Positions 26,384-38,672 of a stretch of 64,000 nt of DNA are shown here, in pieces. A program made the position numbers and the translations under genes. Below the pieces are notes generated by a model. The model was not told where the DNA came from. It saw only the letters and a list, made by a program, of their open reading frames with translations, and made no database searches. The DNA is taken from the NCBI RefSeq assembly GCF_037042905.1, contig NC_087254.1:28396001-28460000 (forward strand), given 5' to 3'. The stretch comes from Lytechinus pictus. Taxonomy: Eukaryota. Numbering within the stretch: the first letter of the stretch is position 1; each line of letters opens with the position of its first letter.

Positions 26384-27325
26384 TACCCTTCCCTCGCCCT
26401 ATCACATTCTTTCTTTTCTTTCCCACATCTTTTAAAAACCAACGTGGGGGCCTATTCCTCTTCTTTGTTCTTTCTGATAATCCTTTTCTATTTTTTTCTA
26501 ATCATTTCTATACTTTGTCATATCTCCAGTATTGGTAACGCCGTTTACAATATAATTTTGAATTTTGTAGCATTCTTCTATTTGAAAGCGACGAATAGAA
26601 TATGAGCCTATACGGGCCTATACGGTATAACTCATGGAGTGTAAAACATGTCACCCCGCAAATCTGGATCGTTTCCAAGAATAATATATCAATTTCTGTC
26701 GATATTTTGTTGGTCAACATCAATGTGAGTTGCACAGTTTATGTTAATCTACATTAGTTTTGGAGAGAGAAAATACTTCATAAAGGTAATAACAGGAAAT
26801 GGATGCGAGAGGACTGAATTTATCGATATCAATGCAAATGCTGATATCATGGATATAGTATCATTCTTAAATAAAGTTGCATTTCTATATTATTATGCCT
26901 CTTGTCATGGCCGCCATTCATCTAAACCTTTATTGACAACAGCCAATAATTGTCGTTATCCATAATGTCATATAAAGGTCACTATTTACGATTCAAATTG
27001 AGTGCATGATTAAAGTTGTAATCACTATTGATGAAATGTCAAATGCATGTTATTCATAATTTATGGTAATACCCCAAATCATGGATCGCTATTCATAATC
27101 CTAGAATCATCGTAATAAAGTGCCATTGTTATCTCAATACGGACTATTCTTATTACACTAATGTATTGAGCTGAGGAAAAGTGACTCCACAGAGGGGATG
27201 GGGTGAGGAGCACTAATTACAAGTTTGCACCCCTCCCGGAAAGAAAGAAAAGTCATGAGGGGCAAAGAGGGAGAGAGATGAGGAGAAAGAAAGGAAGGAA
27301 GGAAGGAAGAAAGAAAAGTCATGAG

Positions 27326-27883
27326 NNNNNNNNNNNNNNNNNNNNNNNNNNNNNNNNNNNNNNNNNNNNNNNNNNNNNNNNNNNNNNNNNNNNNNNNNNN
27401 NNNNNNNNNNNNNNNNNNNNNNNNNNNNNNNNNNNNNNNNNNNNNNNNNNNNNNNNNNNNNNNNNNNNNNNNNNNNNNNNNNNNNNNNNNNNNNNNNNNN
27501 NNNNNNNNNNNNNNNNNNNNNNNNNNNNNNNNNNNNNNNNNNNNNNNNNNNNNNNNNNNNNNNNNNNNNNNNNNNNNNNNNNNNNNNNNNNNNNNNNNNN
27601 NNNNNNNNNNNNNNNNNNNNNNNNNNNNNNNNNNNNNNNNNNNNNNNNNNNNNNNNNNNNNNNNNNNNNNNNNNNNNNNNNNNNNNNNNNNNNNNNNNNN
27701 NNNNNNNNNNNNNNNNNNNNNNNNNNNNNNNNNNNNNNNNNNNNNNNNNNNNNNNNNNNNNNNNNNNNNNNNNNNNNNNNNNNNNNNNNNNNNNNNNNNN
27801 NNNNNNNNNNNNNNNNNNNNNNNNNNNNNNNNNNNNNNNNNNNNNNNNNNNNNNNNNNNNNNNNNNNNNNNNNNNNNNNNNNN
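27326..27883. other. Assembly gap within a GA-rich repeat
   Basis: Run of N flanked by purine-rich repeats. Confidence 1.
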
Positions 27884-28677
27884 NGATGGGCTAGGGACTT
27901 GGTATGAGAAGAAAAAGCGAGGTATAACATACAGCTGAAAAGAAAGGGAGACAGAGAGGCCAAGAAAATGATACAAAAGATGGAAAACTATGAATATTGT
28001 GTCATTATCTACATCTCTGCAGTACGAAGAGATTAAAGCAAAATGGAATCATTTACCCTCTGAGGAATTAAAAGAAATGTTGAATTAAAATGGACATGAT
28101 GGCAGCAGTAAAGTGGGATGATAGACTTCCTGTATGTTTATGAATCATTAATCTCAATTCAATAAAATCAGTTTGGTCAACATATTTGACAGTACATGGA
28201 TGCTATATACGCACTGAAGCCAAAGACCGATCAATATCCTAAAATTGACATAAAGACACATATTTATTAATTTTCTTTTTATGACCTTATCTTTGAGCAG
28301 CTCCCCCATGTCATTCGTTAATGCTTCATGTATTTCCATATATTCCCTATTCCGCTGTTTAAAATGGTTCATGATAGTTGAAACAGAAATGTCTAAATGC
28401 TAAAAGCGTGGACGGAGTGACGTATCTGATCATCCATTGAATACACACCTAAATCATTTTCACTTTTATAGCATTCTATAGATTAGATGCCACGTGACAT
28501 ACGAGGTGTGCTCGTACGTGAGGTAAGAAAATCACATCAGGGGGGCAGTTTCACATAAAGACTCACCACTAGTGTAAATTTCCCATTATTTTAACTTGCA
28601 TATTGAACCCTTGAATGTGATTAGCTGCTTGAGCCCTGTTACCACGGTAGTTGCCATATAATTGCAAAGTTTAAATG

Positions 28678-29261
28678 TAATAGACTGGGCTATTACGACG
28701 CCTGATTCAGCCCCCCCCCCCCCCTATATGATCTCGGTCGTCGATCGCGATTTGCTCTAATAACTAAATGACGACCCTAAATGCTATTTTGGGGCTCACA
28801 AACACTTTATAGGAATCTGATCGAATATATTTTTTTTTAAATCACCATCACATTTTACTTTCTTACGTATTTTTCTTGTTTTCTAAATTTCTTATGTAGT
28901 ATTTCTCTATTTTTTTTCGACTCAATGGAAATTGTCAGGGACTCTGTTTTGACCATAATGCAAAATGAAATTAATTTAATCAGTAAACGGAAAAAATGAT
29001 ACAATTATGAATTTTGGCTAGAAGCACTATATTTGCATTGGATTTGCACACAGATTCACGTGTTTGTTTGCTTTGGGGTTGTTTTTTTTTTCAATTTTGG
29101 GTCTGCATGCACTAACGAAATATTGCGTAGTTTTGGAACTGCGTGCCTGGGGTCGCATTTTTGGTCTAAAATCTTGCGAGAGACTTAAAAGTAAAAAGTC
29201 AGAGAACGATGCGGTCATATACTAGGGGCTAAATCAGCCCCTCCCCCCGTCTTATTAGGGT
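28678..29261. mobile_element. Degenerate piggyBac-like non-autonomous element (related to 44673-45415)
   Basis: GACTGGGCTATT...GATCTCGG...GATCGCG at the left, TTTTGGTCTAAAATCTTGCG and TTATTAGGGTTA at the right. Confidence 0.55.
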
Positions 29262-31785
29262 TATACTGAGAATTCTGAAAGTCCCATTTTCTTGGATGGA
29301 TTTTCACCAAATCCTCATTATATAGGCCTATGTTACTTCAATTCTCTAATTGATGGTCAGAATGAACTTCCCTCTTTAATTAATTTCAGACTTCCAGGTT
29401 CTATCTGTAAGAATAACTGAGGTGAAGTATACAGGCATAAAATACAAGGGGCATGCATACGGGGCACACAAGTCAAAGAAAATGCACTGGCTCATTCTAA
29501 ACGAAGAATAAGCCATTATGGTGTTTACATAATTATATATATAGTTATAGTTTATAATTCGATCAATATTTCTAAATACAATACATTATTTCAATAAACG
29601 CAAATAAATTAAATTATTAATCACAAGACGTGATTACAGAGGCAGCAGTTGCTATCACTGCTCACGTTCACGATGACAAGTCTATTCAAGTTCAAAATCA
29701 TGTTCATAATCAATATGATACTATTGTTGGTCATCATAACAACTTCTGCCTCAGTCGGTGGGAATCATCCGCCAATTGATTCGTTGTCACGAAAGCCACA
29801 GTTTAAAAGAAAATGATATTAGATATGATTATTCTATAGCCGTGATTGAACTCATTCTTTTATGAGGGTATAATAATTATATTACAATAACAGATATATT
29901 AATTCTCAAATAAGGTATACACTTTACATGATTTCAAATATGGTTTTGAATTATTTATTTGAGACTATGATCGGTGCTTGCAATCATAACTTAAATTTTG
30001 GTTTTTTGCTAGACGACAAAAGGTCGGTGGATAGGGATTTCATTTTAAATTATATTGCAACATTTGTCCTTCCTTTATTAGTAGGTCTATAAATGGCTTT
30101 TATTTACGAATTATTAAATACCCTGTAAACAAATTTGGAGTGAATCAATTATAACTGTGGTGTATTAGCTTCAAATTGTTTTGTTCATCTATTCAACTTT
30201 TTTTTATATTTCAGATTTATACCTATATTAAATGTATTTAATTCATCTAATAGACAAGATCTGGACGAGAGATACCGCGTCTGAAATCGAATATGGAGGG
30301 ATTCGGAATGATTCCAGGCCTCAGCTGTGATTATATAATGGATTTATCTGAATATCACAGTTTTATAATATTTTTATTTCAATTCAACTATAAATTCAAT
30401 ATAAATTTACAAAGAAATTCATTTATATTTTTGTAGCCCTATACTCATTGAATACATTTTTTAGGACGATCTCGCCAACTGACGAATAATTTGCTGAACT
30501 GGAAAACGCTTTGCGTTGTATCTCATAAACGTCGCATAAAACAGGAAAATTCCAGAAAAATATTTTATTTCAATAATTAGAAATGCTATCTTTTCTCCCA
30601 AGAAATTCTTTAGGTGAAATTGATGACAACAATTTTAATTCATTTCTATCAGCTTGCTTGCCAGGAACTGAGTTGAATGCCCGCACTCTCAACACGATCT
30701 AGCGATCATTCATGAAAAAAATCAAGCCAATAAATACCCGTCAAAACGCGGTCAGTCATTTTCTCGCTTAGTTTTCCTAAAATCGAAAATTACGGTATAT
30801 TAATTACAGAAAAGTGTGAAAATGTCAGGGACGAAGTGATCCAAAGGAGGAGATAATATATTTTTTCATAAAATAATAAGGAAAGGGAGACTTTCTTGAT
30901 CTGCATCCCCACACAGTAGCTCGGGAGTGAACACCGACTTGTGACGCAGCGAGAAAAAATTTCTGTCCAGCCGCTTGTCAAATCCGAGTTCGGGTGTAAA
31001 CAAAACCTAAAATAAAAATACGAAAAGTCTTGTTTTCTGCTTGATGTTTTAACTTTTCTAGTTTCAAACCATGTTATCCTTTGTAAAATATGGAATAGAT
31101 TGGTTTTTTACCCTTTCGGCAGTAGAAGAATGTGCAAATTTAGAGTTATTTTTTAGAAATTTGTGTGTTGATGTTTTCAGCTTGGGCGCGAGCTCTTCAG
31201 GAACTTGGAAGGCGGGGGTTAGGCAAAGACATTATATGGAACACAAAATCAGCTCTAATTTTTGTTTGTCTCAACCAATCAGTCTGATTTAAGTATCAAT
31301 ATACGTCGAATTAATCATTACGACCTTTTGTATACATGAGAAGATTTTATAAAGAGTTTTAATGTGTTAATTTTGTATTTTTTCGCTCAAAAATCAATTT
31401 ACCAAGATGGCGGGGAAGGCAAAATATGTGTTAGTTATGTCGGTAATATCGGTAATAACCCAAGTTCACCAGTTCCCTTCATTTAGTATTTTCATCAGTT
31501 ACATAGTTGAAGAACTTGTCTTTGATGGTCGAAAAGATGGAATTTGGAAACTCATTAATTAGTCTTTAAATAAAGGAAAACATAAGAATATCACTTTTCT
31601 TAAGATTGAAGGTGTTTCTCAAATCCGATTGAATTTCCGTAAATGCGAGAACCCATGTACTCTGGGAACATGGTGATATGAAGTTGAATATTTGGTGTAT
31701 CTGCACACAAGATTATCAATTCTATCGATTTCTACAAGATGTTTTAAAAGGGGATCAAAGTAGAGAAAAGAAGCACATAGGTATG

Positions 31786-31864
31786 AACGTCCGCCATTTT
31801 AGACAGTCGCAGCAGACTCTATTTACCGGCTTTCCCCGACGTCCGCAAAAACTAGATATATATT
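31786..31864 (+). promoter_or_regulatory. Core promoter of the H1 gene: HINFP-like sites, YY1 site, TATA
   Basis: AACGTCCGC 31786-31794 overlaps CCGCCATTTT 31791-31800. GACGTCCGC is at 31838-31846 and TATATA at 31857-31862, about 120 bp upstream of the ATG. Confidence 0.65.
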
Positions 31865-31980
31865 AGTGCGTCCTCAGCGTCCCCATCTCAGAGCATTTTG
31901 TTTTGCCAGTCGAAAGCCAGCTCGTTGCCAACACACCCACTTTCTTCCGTGTCAAGTTCACGTTTCACTATATTCAAACA

Positions 31981-32523
31981 ATGGCTGATACCAGTGCTCC
32001 AGCTCCTTCTACCCCTAAGAAGGCAGCAGCAGCAAAGAAGAAGGCCAGCAAGCCAAAGACCCCAGCTAATCATCCTAAATACAGTGACATGATCGCCAGT
32101 GCTCTTACAAGTCTGAATGAGAAGAAGGGGTCATCTCGTCAGGCTATTCTCAAGTACATCAAGGCCAACTACAAAGTGGGTGACAGTGCCAACGTTCACA
32201 TCAAGCTTGCTCTCAAACGTGGAGTTTCATCAGGACAGCTAAGACACGTGAAGGGAACTGGAGCTTCTGGAAGCTTCCTCCTTGCAGAGGCTAAAGCAGC
32301 GAAGAAGCCGGCAAAGAAAGCAGCACCCAAGAAGAAGGCAGCAGCAAAGAAACCAGCAGCAAAGAAGGCCGCAAAGAAACCAGCAGCGAAGAAGCCCGCA
32401 AAGAAATCAACTCCAAAGAAGAAGGCAGCCAAGCCAGCCGCCAAGAAAGCCAAGCCTGCCGCAAAGAAGCCAGCTCCAAAGAAGAAGCCTGCAAAGAAGG
32501 CCGCCAAGAAGTCAAAGAAATAA
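31981..32523 (+). CDS. H1-delta: Histone H1-delta (H1.0/H5-type replacement linker histone), 180 aa, intronless
   Basis: MADTSAPAPSTPKK...HPKYSDMIASALTSLNEKKGSSRQAILKYIKANYKVGDSANVHIKLALKRGVSSGQLRHVKGTGASGSFLL is a winged-helix globular domain followed by a K/A/P-rich tail. The HPKYSDMI and GSSRQ motifs are H1.0-type. The true ATG is at 31981 (CAAACA ATG G), not the non-ATG start in the ORF track. Confidence 0.95.
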   Translation: MADTSAPAPSTPKKAAAAKKKASKPKTPANHPKYSDMIASALTSLNEKKGSSRQAILKYIKANYKVGDSANVHIKLALKRGVSSGQLRHVKGTGASGSFLLAEAKAAKKPAKKAAPKKKAAAKKPAAKKAAKKPAAKKPAKKSTPKKKAAKPAAKKAKPAAKKPAPKKKPAKKAAKKSKK

Positions 32524-32993
32524 ACGTGTTCACTGAGAACAAAGACTATGTATATTTTTGTGACTGTTGGTTGTCTGTGACATTTGGACTTAAACTCCCG
32601 ATAAAGCCCCTCTAGAATGTGTCTCGTCCTTTGCTTTCTATGCCATCACAACACTCTTGATTTCTTCTGAAGTCGAACGCTATATTATATAGTAACTTCT
32701 TGAATTCATCTTCAATCGTGTTAACTCTTAATTTATTGGAAAATCATCTCAACGTCCTCATAAACTTTCGTCATGAAATGAGACTTGCCAATTACCTCGC
32801 CCGACGATACAGAACCTTTGGGACTGAAATATGTATTTTGGAACGCCAGCTGAAGTGATAAAGATTATTATTTCGAGGAGTAAGGAGTCAAGACATTGTA
32901 CAGAGACAATTATTTATGTGGAACATCCAACCCAAAAGAGACTATTGACTTTTTAAATCTACATATGTAAATCATGGAATGTAATAACTTTGT

Positions 32994-32999
32994 AATAAA
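32994..32999 (+). promoter_or_regulatory. Candidate polyadenylation signal of the H1 gene
   Basis: AATAAA about 470 bp after the stop codon. I saw no histone 3' stem-loop after the stop. Confidence 0.5.
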
Positions 33000-33090
33000 A
33001 AAAAGCAACTAAAAGTTGAGATTGGCAGTTGAAGTACATTTTCGATAAATCTTGAGAAGAGTTCGATACGTCAACGCATGCTTTGACATG

Positions 33091-33930
33091 GAGAAATGGT
33101 TTCATCTCGTTATAATGAAGAAATGAGATCATTTCTTTGAGAATGTATGAAATTGAATATTGGCAATTAAAAGAGAAATTCAGTGGAAGTGATTTCGTCT
33201 CGGCAAAACTTAGAAATGAGATCACTTTCATAAAATTGTGAACAAAGGGAAATTTGTGGAAATGGTTTCGTCTCGATAATATTCAGAAATGAGACCATTT
33301 CCATACAAATGACTAGAGTTGGAAAAGAATTGAGGAAAAATTATTTGTGAAAGTAATTTCCGCTGTACAGAACTTGAAAATGAGATTACTTAATACGAGA
33401 ATATGAGATTGAACAAGAGGGAGAATTGTGGAAATGGTTTCGTCTCCGACAATGATTTAGAAATGAGATCATTTCCATAAAAAGGTGACTGAGTTGGAAA
33501 TTGAGAAAAAGAATTTGTGAAGGTTATCTCGTCTCGACAGAACTTAGAAATGAGATCACTTTCATAATGTAAGATTGAACTAAATGTGTAGAAATTGTTT
33601 CATCTCGAAAAGAAATTAGATAATTTTCGTAAAGATAGTTGACTTGAAAAAGGGGGTAGGCAATGATTTTCTTTCTTTGACGGCCCCTCCTGGGCATAGA
33701 AGAAATATAACAAGTGATAACAATGGCAATAATAGGCATAAGAAAAATATAAAGGTAATTTATAAAAATACCTATGGAAATTATCATCTCGTCTTGAAAA
33801 AACTTCATAGAAATGACACAACTTCCATACAGATGTGTGAATTGGGAAATGATCAAAAGAGAGAATACATGTATATGAAAGTGATTTCGTCTCGTCGAAA
33901 CAAACTAATAAACGAGATCACTGACATAAA
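33091..33930 (+). repeat. Array of about 9 hairpin units, 72-92-bp spacing, alternating A/B types
   Basis: Units start at 33093, 33185, 33259, 33349, 33431, 33519, 33591, ~33777 and 33877. Each reads GAAA(TGG/GTGA)TTTCGTCTCG-loop-GAAATGAGA(CCA/TCAC)TTTC. Confidence 0.85.
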
Positions 33931-34192
33931 AATGTGAATTTCATATTTAACAAAATGAGGGAATTTCTTGTTATATCGTCCTCACAGGAGAGTGCACAAC
34001 GGCGTCTCGGAAGAGAGAGTGAAAGAGTATCTGTAATTGAAAAAATTCAAATTACAACGATCAAACATCAATTTTACCCCCTCCTCCTAAAAAGGGGGGA
34101 AATATGGGAATATACAAAGTAAAAATCTGAGATAATATTGGGTGCATGTGGCGAGGCAAGTAGGACAGATTTCGTCTCATGTTCAGCCATCA

Positions 34193-34390
34193 CAGGCACT
34201 GGCGGATCGGCCGGGGGGGGGCAAAGCCGGCCCGTGTCCCCCCCCCCCCCTGTTGAGAGGCACAATTAAAATTTGTAATGTAAAATGTTGTTAAAATAGT
34301 AGTGTCCCCCCCCCCCCTTAAATGTGACCTTTTTTTTCCTAGGGAAAATGCGCCCCCCCTCCCCTTTGGAAAATCCTGGATCCGCCCCTG
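34193..34390. mobile_element. Short TIR element with poly-G/poly-C tracts
   Basis: GGCGGATC...GATCCGCC inverted ends enclosing G and C homopolymers. Confidence 0.6.
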
Positions 34391-35228
34391 GCCACAGGGA
34401 TGATTTTATCAGTGCTGTAGAAATTAAAAATAACCTTTTCCGAATATATGATAGAAATTCAGAAATTGCGAGTTGAATATGAAAAAAAATGCTCTTCAGT
34501 TGCCCAGGTTCAGTTGCAACTGGATGGATGAAAATATTTCCGTCCTCATTTAACAAAAAAATAGAATACCATGCACCCAGACACATCACAACTGGAAACA
34601 AAAATCTATAATAGGCCTTTTTAGGGCCTGTACTGAATGAATATACATAATTATCCTTTATACAATTCACAAATTTTCTCCCGCATTAGTCGCAATGTTG
34701 ATCAGAAAGCTGGAACGCTGACAGTGATGATAAGTATTTTACAAATATAACAAAATACATACATCCACGTGGCTATAAGCAGCATGGTCCAAACAATTAT
34801 ATTTCTTCGATCTTGATCTATTAAAATTAAGTTTAATCAACCCTTATCCCACATCCCTTTATATGCATGAACAAAGAATTTTGCCAAGTTTACAATACGT
34901 GGAGGGTACTGACAACATACGGGTACAGGTAATATTGTCTCTGGAAGTTCAATTTCCCGGGATTTATGCTTGGTCCATTCGTTAATAGGGGTGTTTATGT
35001 TTGCATAAAAACGTATTTAAAGTAAAATAAATCCCTATAACATTTCTATTCAAAATAATAGTAAAGAATACAATACTTTTTAGCATACAAATTCATTAAA
35101 AATTCTAAAAACAGAAAATAACAGATATATTTTGATTATTTACGATCTAATTTAGGCCTATATGTACCCCCATAATAATAGCGTCGTCTCATAAAATTGG
35201 CCCTCGAGGACAAGTGTTTTGATTGAAA

Positions 35229-35238
35229 TGCGCATGCG
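35229..35238. promoter_or_regulatory. NRF1/P3A2-type site upstream of the zinc-finger gene
   Basis: TGCGCATGCG about 190 bp upstream of the ATG at 35425. Confidence 0.5.
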
Positions 35239-35424
35239 GGCAAGTAGCTCATTATGCATAGAAAAGGGCAGGACGACTATGGCTACTTGACTACTGCCCG
35301 AAGTCGCTGGTTGGTTGTCACGCATTTTAATTAATGTAGCAATTTGTTAGTGGCTAATTATAGTATATTTGGTATCAGAATCACCGTAAACTTCCCTAGA
35401 ACAAGTACCTTACCGTAGCAGACC

Positions 35425-36079
35425 ATGGACATCCAACAAGCCCCTGAATTTCGAGCGAAACCTCGCGATGCCGATCGGGGCGGAGCAGGCGACGTGGACA
35501 ATAACACACCCGTTTACCACGATACAAATCAAGCGAATATGAATGCGGAAACAGACGGTATGCACAACAAACACGCTGATCGTAGTACTCAGCTGCTCGA
35601 CCCAGCTGCTCAGGGTGCCCAACTCTGCCTCCTTGCCTCCAAGTCTCATAAGAGCAATGTCTATAAAGCATACGATAGAACCAGACGGGCCCGGTCATTC
35701 ATTCCTCACTGGGTGGTGGAGTATCCCTGGCTGGAATTCAACCCAGAGAAAGAATGCATGTTTTGCATCTATTGTCGGGAATATCAGAAAATACACGACG
35801 CCGAATTTACCAACACGTTCGTACATGGCGCCACTAACTTTCGACTGGATTCTGTGAAAGCTCATGATAATAGCACCAAACATCGACAGGTCATGCTCGT
35901 TATGAGCGGGAAGATATCGATCATTCCGAAACCGATGTCCAAGCTGCCGAGAGCAACCGGAGATCGACTTCGGGTTGGATCATTCTTTGATACAGAGGTT
36001 AATGATGGATCGTATGATGTCAACGGAGTGGGTTCTGCTTCACATCCTTCGATGCATAGGCCAACAGAAGTAATAGATG
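35425..36079 (+). CDS. TTF-type zinc-finger protein (ZNF862/C17orf113-like N-terminus), exon 1 of 7
   Basis: RSFIPHWVVEYPWLEFNPEKECMFCIYCREY...FVHGATNFRLDSVKAHDNSTKH fits the W..Y.WL...MFC..C...F..G..NF......H.....H ZnF_TTF pattern. Donor GATG|GTATAT, phase 1. Confidence 0.85.
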
Positions 36080-36111
36080 GTATATATCAAAATAGATGCT
36101 GGATTTGAGTA

Positions 36112-36280
36112 ATGATGAGTGGGTGGTCATGGATGGATGGATCTGGATGGATGGATGGTGGATTGATGACAATGATAATGAATGATGATTGGATGGTGAT
36201 GAAGATGATTGATGATGATTATAATGATAATGATGGTGATGTTGAGGAGGAGGATGGCAATATAGATGTGATGATGATTC
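36112..36280. repeat. (GGAT)n/(GAT)n microsatellite in intron 1
   Basis: Direct reading. Confidence 0.8.
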
Positions 36281-36585
36281 TTTCATTGATAGATACATTA
36301 CTGACAGTTTTGTTTTTTCTTTTTCATATAGCATATGTGTCTTCATGTATAAATTTTCATTTTATGAAAGAATGACAATTTTGTTATTCTTTGATATAAA
36401 TTCTTAAAATGCAAATCAACCTTTGTTGACCATTATATCATTTATGTTTAATGTTAGCATTTTGTATTTGACCATTAGTACCCTCTGTGGATAATTATCA
36501 TTTTATAGATTCATTCACTAAAAAAGTTCCCAAGATGTGGAGTTCAGATGAGAACCTGCAATCTGATTCTGAGTAGACCTATATG

Positions 36586-37235
36586 CAGTTGAGGCCAAAA
36601 GTTTACATACAGCCATGGAATTCAGTAAAAATTTGTTCGCTTACCAAACATCGTAAAATTTAGGATATCTTCAGAAATATAAATACTACCATTACGAATT
36701 TGGTACCAAATGAAAGAGCGTATTGAGCTCTTTCACATGATTGGGATACCGTTGGGATTAAAGTTTACTTCAGGTGGAATTTTCTTTGGAGAGAAAAAGT
36801 AATATTCGTGCCAAATGTATTCTATTGTCTGTTATTACATTTTCAAACATTGTTTCATAGAAATATATAAATGTAAGATCTATGATTTATATTGCATTTT
36901 TTATCATGATCACCACTGAACAAAAAAGTGTAGGCCTAATCTGAAATGTTTATGTTGAGAAGTAACTAGCACAAATATGAAATGTTTTTGTCAAGTTTTT
37001 TATTTTTAATTTGTCTAAAATATGAATATTTTCGGGGAAAAAATGACACCTAAATATTTTCAGCTCCTGGTGACAAAACAATGTGATTAATGGGCATGAC
37101 ATACTCCTTTGTTTGATATCAAATTAGTCATAATGGCACAAATATTTTATAAGAAACAGTACATTCTATGATGTTTGGCAAGTGTCAGCTTTTCTTTGAA
37201 TTTCCTGGGTGTATGTAAACTTCTGGCCTAAACTG
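36586..37235. mobile_element. Tc1/mariner-like non-autonomous element in intron 1
   Basis: TIR CAGTTGAGGCCAAAAGTTTACATAC / GTATGTAAACTTCTGGCCTAAACTG|TA, resembling Sleeping Beauty-type Tc1 ends. The left TA has become TG. Confidence 0.8.
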
Positions 37236-37294
37236 TATACATGTATATTAAATCTCATATTGAAATCACATAATAAAATTCTTTGTTTTCCCAG

Positions 37295-37372
37295 ATGAAG
37301 GAGGCCAAAAGCACAATATTCCATCATCTTCTGATCTGCTAGAAGAGCCTTTTTCTACACCAAACCCAATGG
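37295..37372 (+). CDS. ZnF-TTF gene exon 2
   Basis: TTTTCCCAG| ... |GTGAGC, phase 1-1, open frame DEGGQKHNIPSSSDLLEEPFSTPNPM. Confidence 0.75.
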
Positions 37373-37589
37373 GTGAGCAAGAGATCTATATACTGTTGAA
37401 TTGATTGTGGAGGAATTCGTAAAATGACATAGGGCAACAGCTCACATGAGCTCCACCCAGTTCTTAAGTTTGGTTCATGAATATGTTTCCTCTTTTTTTC
37501 TGCTTTATCAAAACCAACTTGATGTCAGAATAGATCCCCCTTAAATAGTATTACAGTACTTAGTGAAATGATTTTACTTTTACACCTAG

Positions 37590-38003
37590 CCAAATACATC
37601 AAGACTCTGCAGAATATATATCCTCATCTTTCCCTAAATGGGGTTTCATCCGAGAACTGCCAGCCCACCAACATTCTTCAGCAGCAGCCATCTCAGTTAA
37701 CAACTCCACCTCCATCAAGAGTGGGAGATGCAGCTCCACAGGGAATGGAGATGGAGGAGAATATTGAGGTGTTTATCATTAAGGAAGAACCTTCGTCTCC
37801 CGGTCAGGAGGAGCAAGCACAGGGGAATTACGAAAGGGAGCCAGGTGTGGAAGATGCACCATCCACTTCCACAGGAGGAGGAGGGAAGATAGGGAGGGCA
37901 GTTCCTCCAATGCGAAAGGTTTGGAATGTCACTACCAATGGAGCAGCCTCCTTATCACAGGAGGAAGATGGTGTAGACCAGGGGAATGACTATGAACAAA
38001 CAG
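37590..38003 (+). CDS. ZnF-TTF gene exon 3
   Basis: TACACCTAG| ... CAG|GTAGGA, phase 1-1, inside ORF 37568-38038. Contains the SUMO-type motif IKEE. Confidence 0.8.
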
Positions 38004-38235
38004 GTAGGACTTCTTATGCTGCTCATAATACAATTTAGTTTCAGAGGATGAGAACAATCTCTGTTTGTTTTCTTTTTTCATGAATAAGATCATGAAAAGG
38101 GAGGACATCAACTATTTTGAGATTAAACCTTGATAGGATTTCCAATAAAATCAGTAAAAATTACCAGCATGCAAACCTTCAAAGATGATCTGGAATTAGG
38201 TAATAATGTTATTTTTTGAATCCTCATTGCTTCAG

Positions 38236-38469
38236 GTAATGACACTAGCGCTCATCTAGACCAGGACCATGAAGACGAGGCTGCTGAAGGTCTACTGCAC
38301 CATCCTGGAGCAATGCAAGACTTCTTCATCAATCCAGTGGTACCAGTTATGAGACAGGGAAGGAGAACAACACGACTCTTACCTAAAGCGAAGAGGCAGA
38401 AGTTAGAGATGTTAATGGCTCGGCAGATGCATGGGGAAGATGTGAATAACATAAGTGATGATAGTTCAG
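38236..38469 (+). CDS. ZnF-TTF gene exon 4
   Basis: TGCTTCAG| ... CAG|GTGTGT, phase 1-1. Contains the basic NLS-like PKAKRQK. Confidence 0.8.
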
Positions 38470-38672
38470 GTGTGTATTTTTTGGTAGTTATCATTGTTAA
38501 TATTACCATTATGTTTATGATTATGAGTAGCTGACATGTATTGGTCTCGAAATGAAGGGGTTTGTTGATGATATGTTTATTATGACATGATTCCACTTGA
38601 TATGATCTCGTTGATTATTTTTCGCATGATCATCAAAAGAAGCAAATGCTTTATTTTTGTTTTTGTTTTTAG

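Noticed and set aside
26235-26605. Hydrophobic/basic ORFs (also 36020-36375, 13758-14082, 42183-42413)
   Set aside because: Translations of microsatellites and pyrimidine tracts.
27158-27976. Long ORFs spanning N runs (also 18952-19413, 43622-44060, 51645-52112)
   Set aside because: Artefacts of assembly gaps.
31903-31980. N-terminal extension of H1 in the ORF track
   Set aside because: It has a non-ATG start within the presumed 5' UTR. H1-delta similarity begins at MADT (31981).
32196-32542. Antisense and alternate-frame ORFs over H1
   Set aside because: Shadows of the Lys/Ala/Pro codon repeat.
33091-33930. CRISPR array
   Set aside because: The context is eukaryotic with no cas genes. 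The repeats are degenerate, and alternate spacers are related to each other (dimeric tandem origin).
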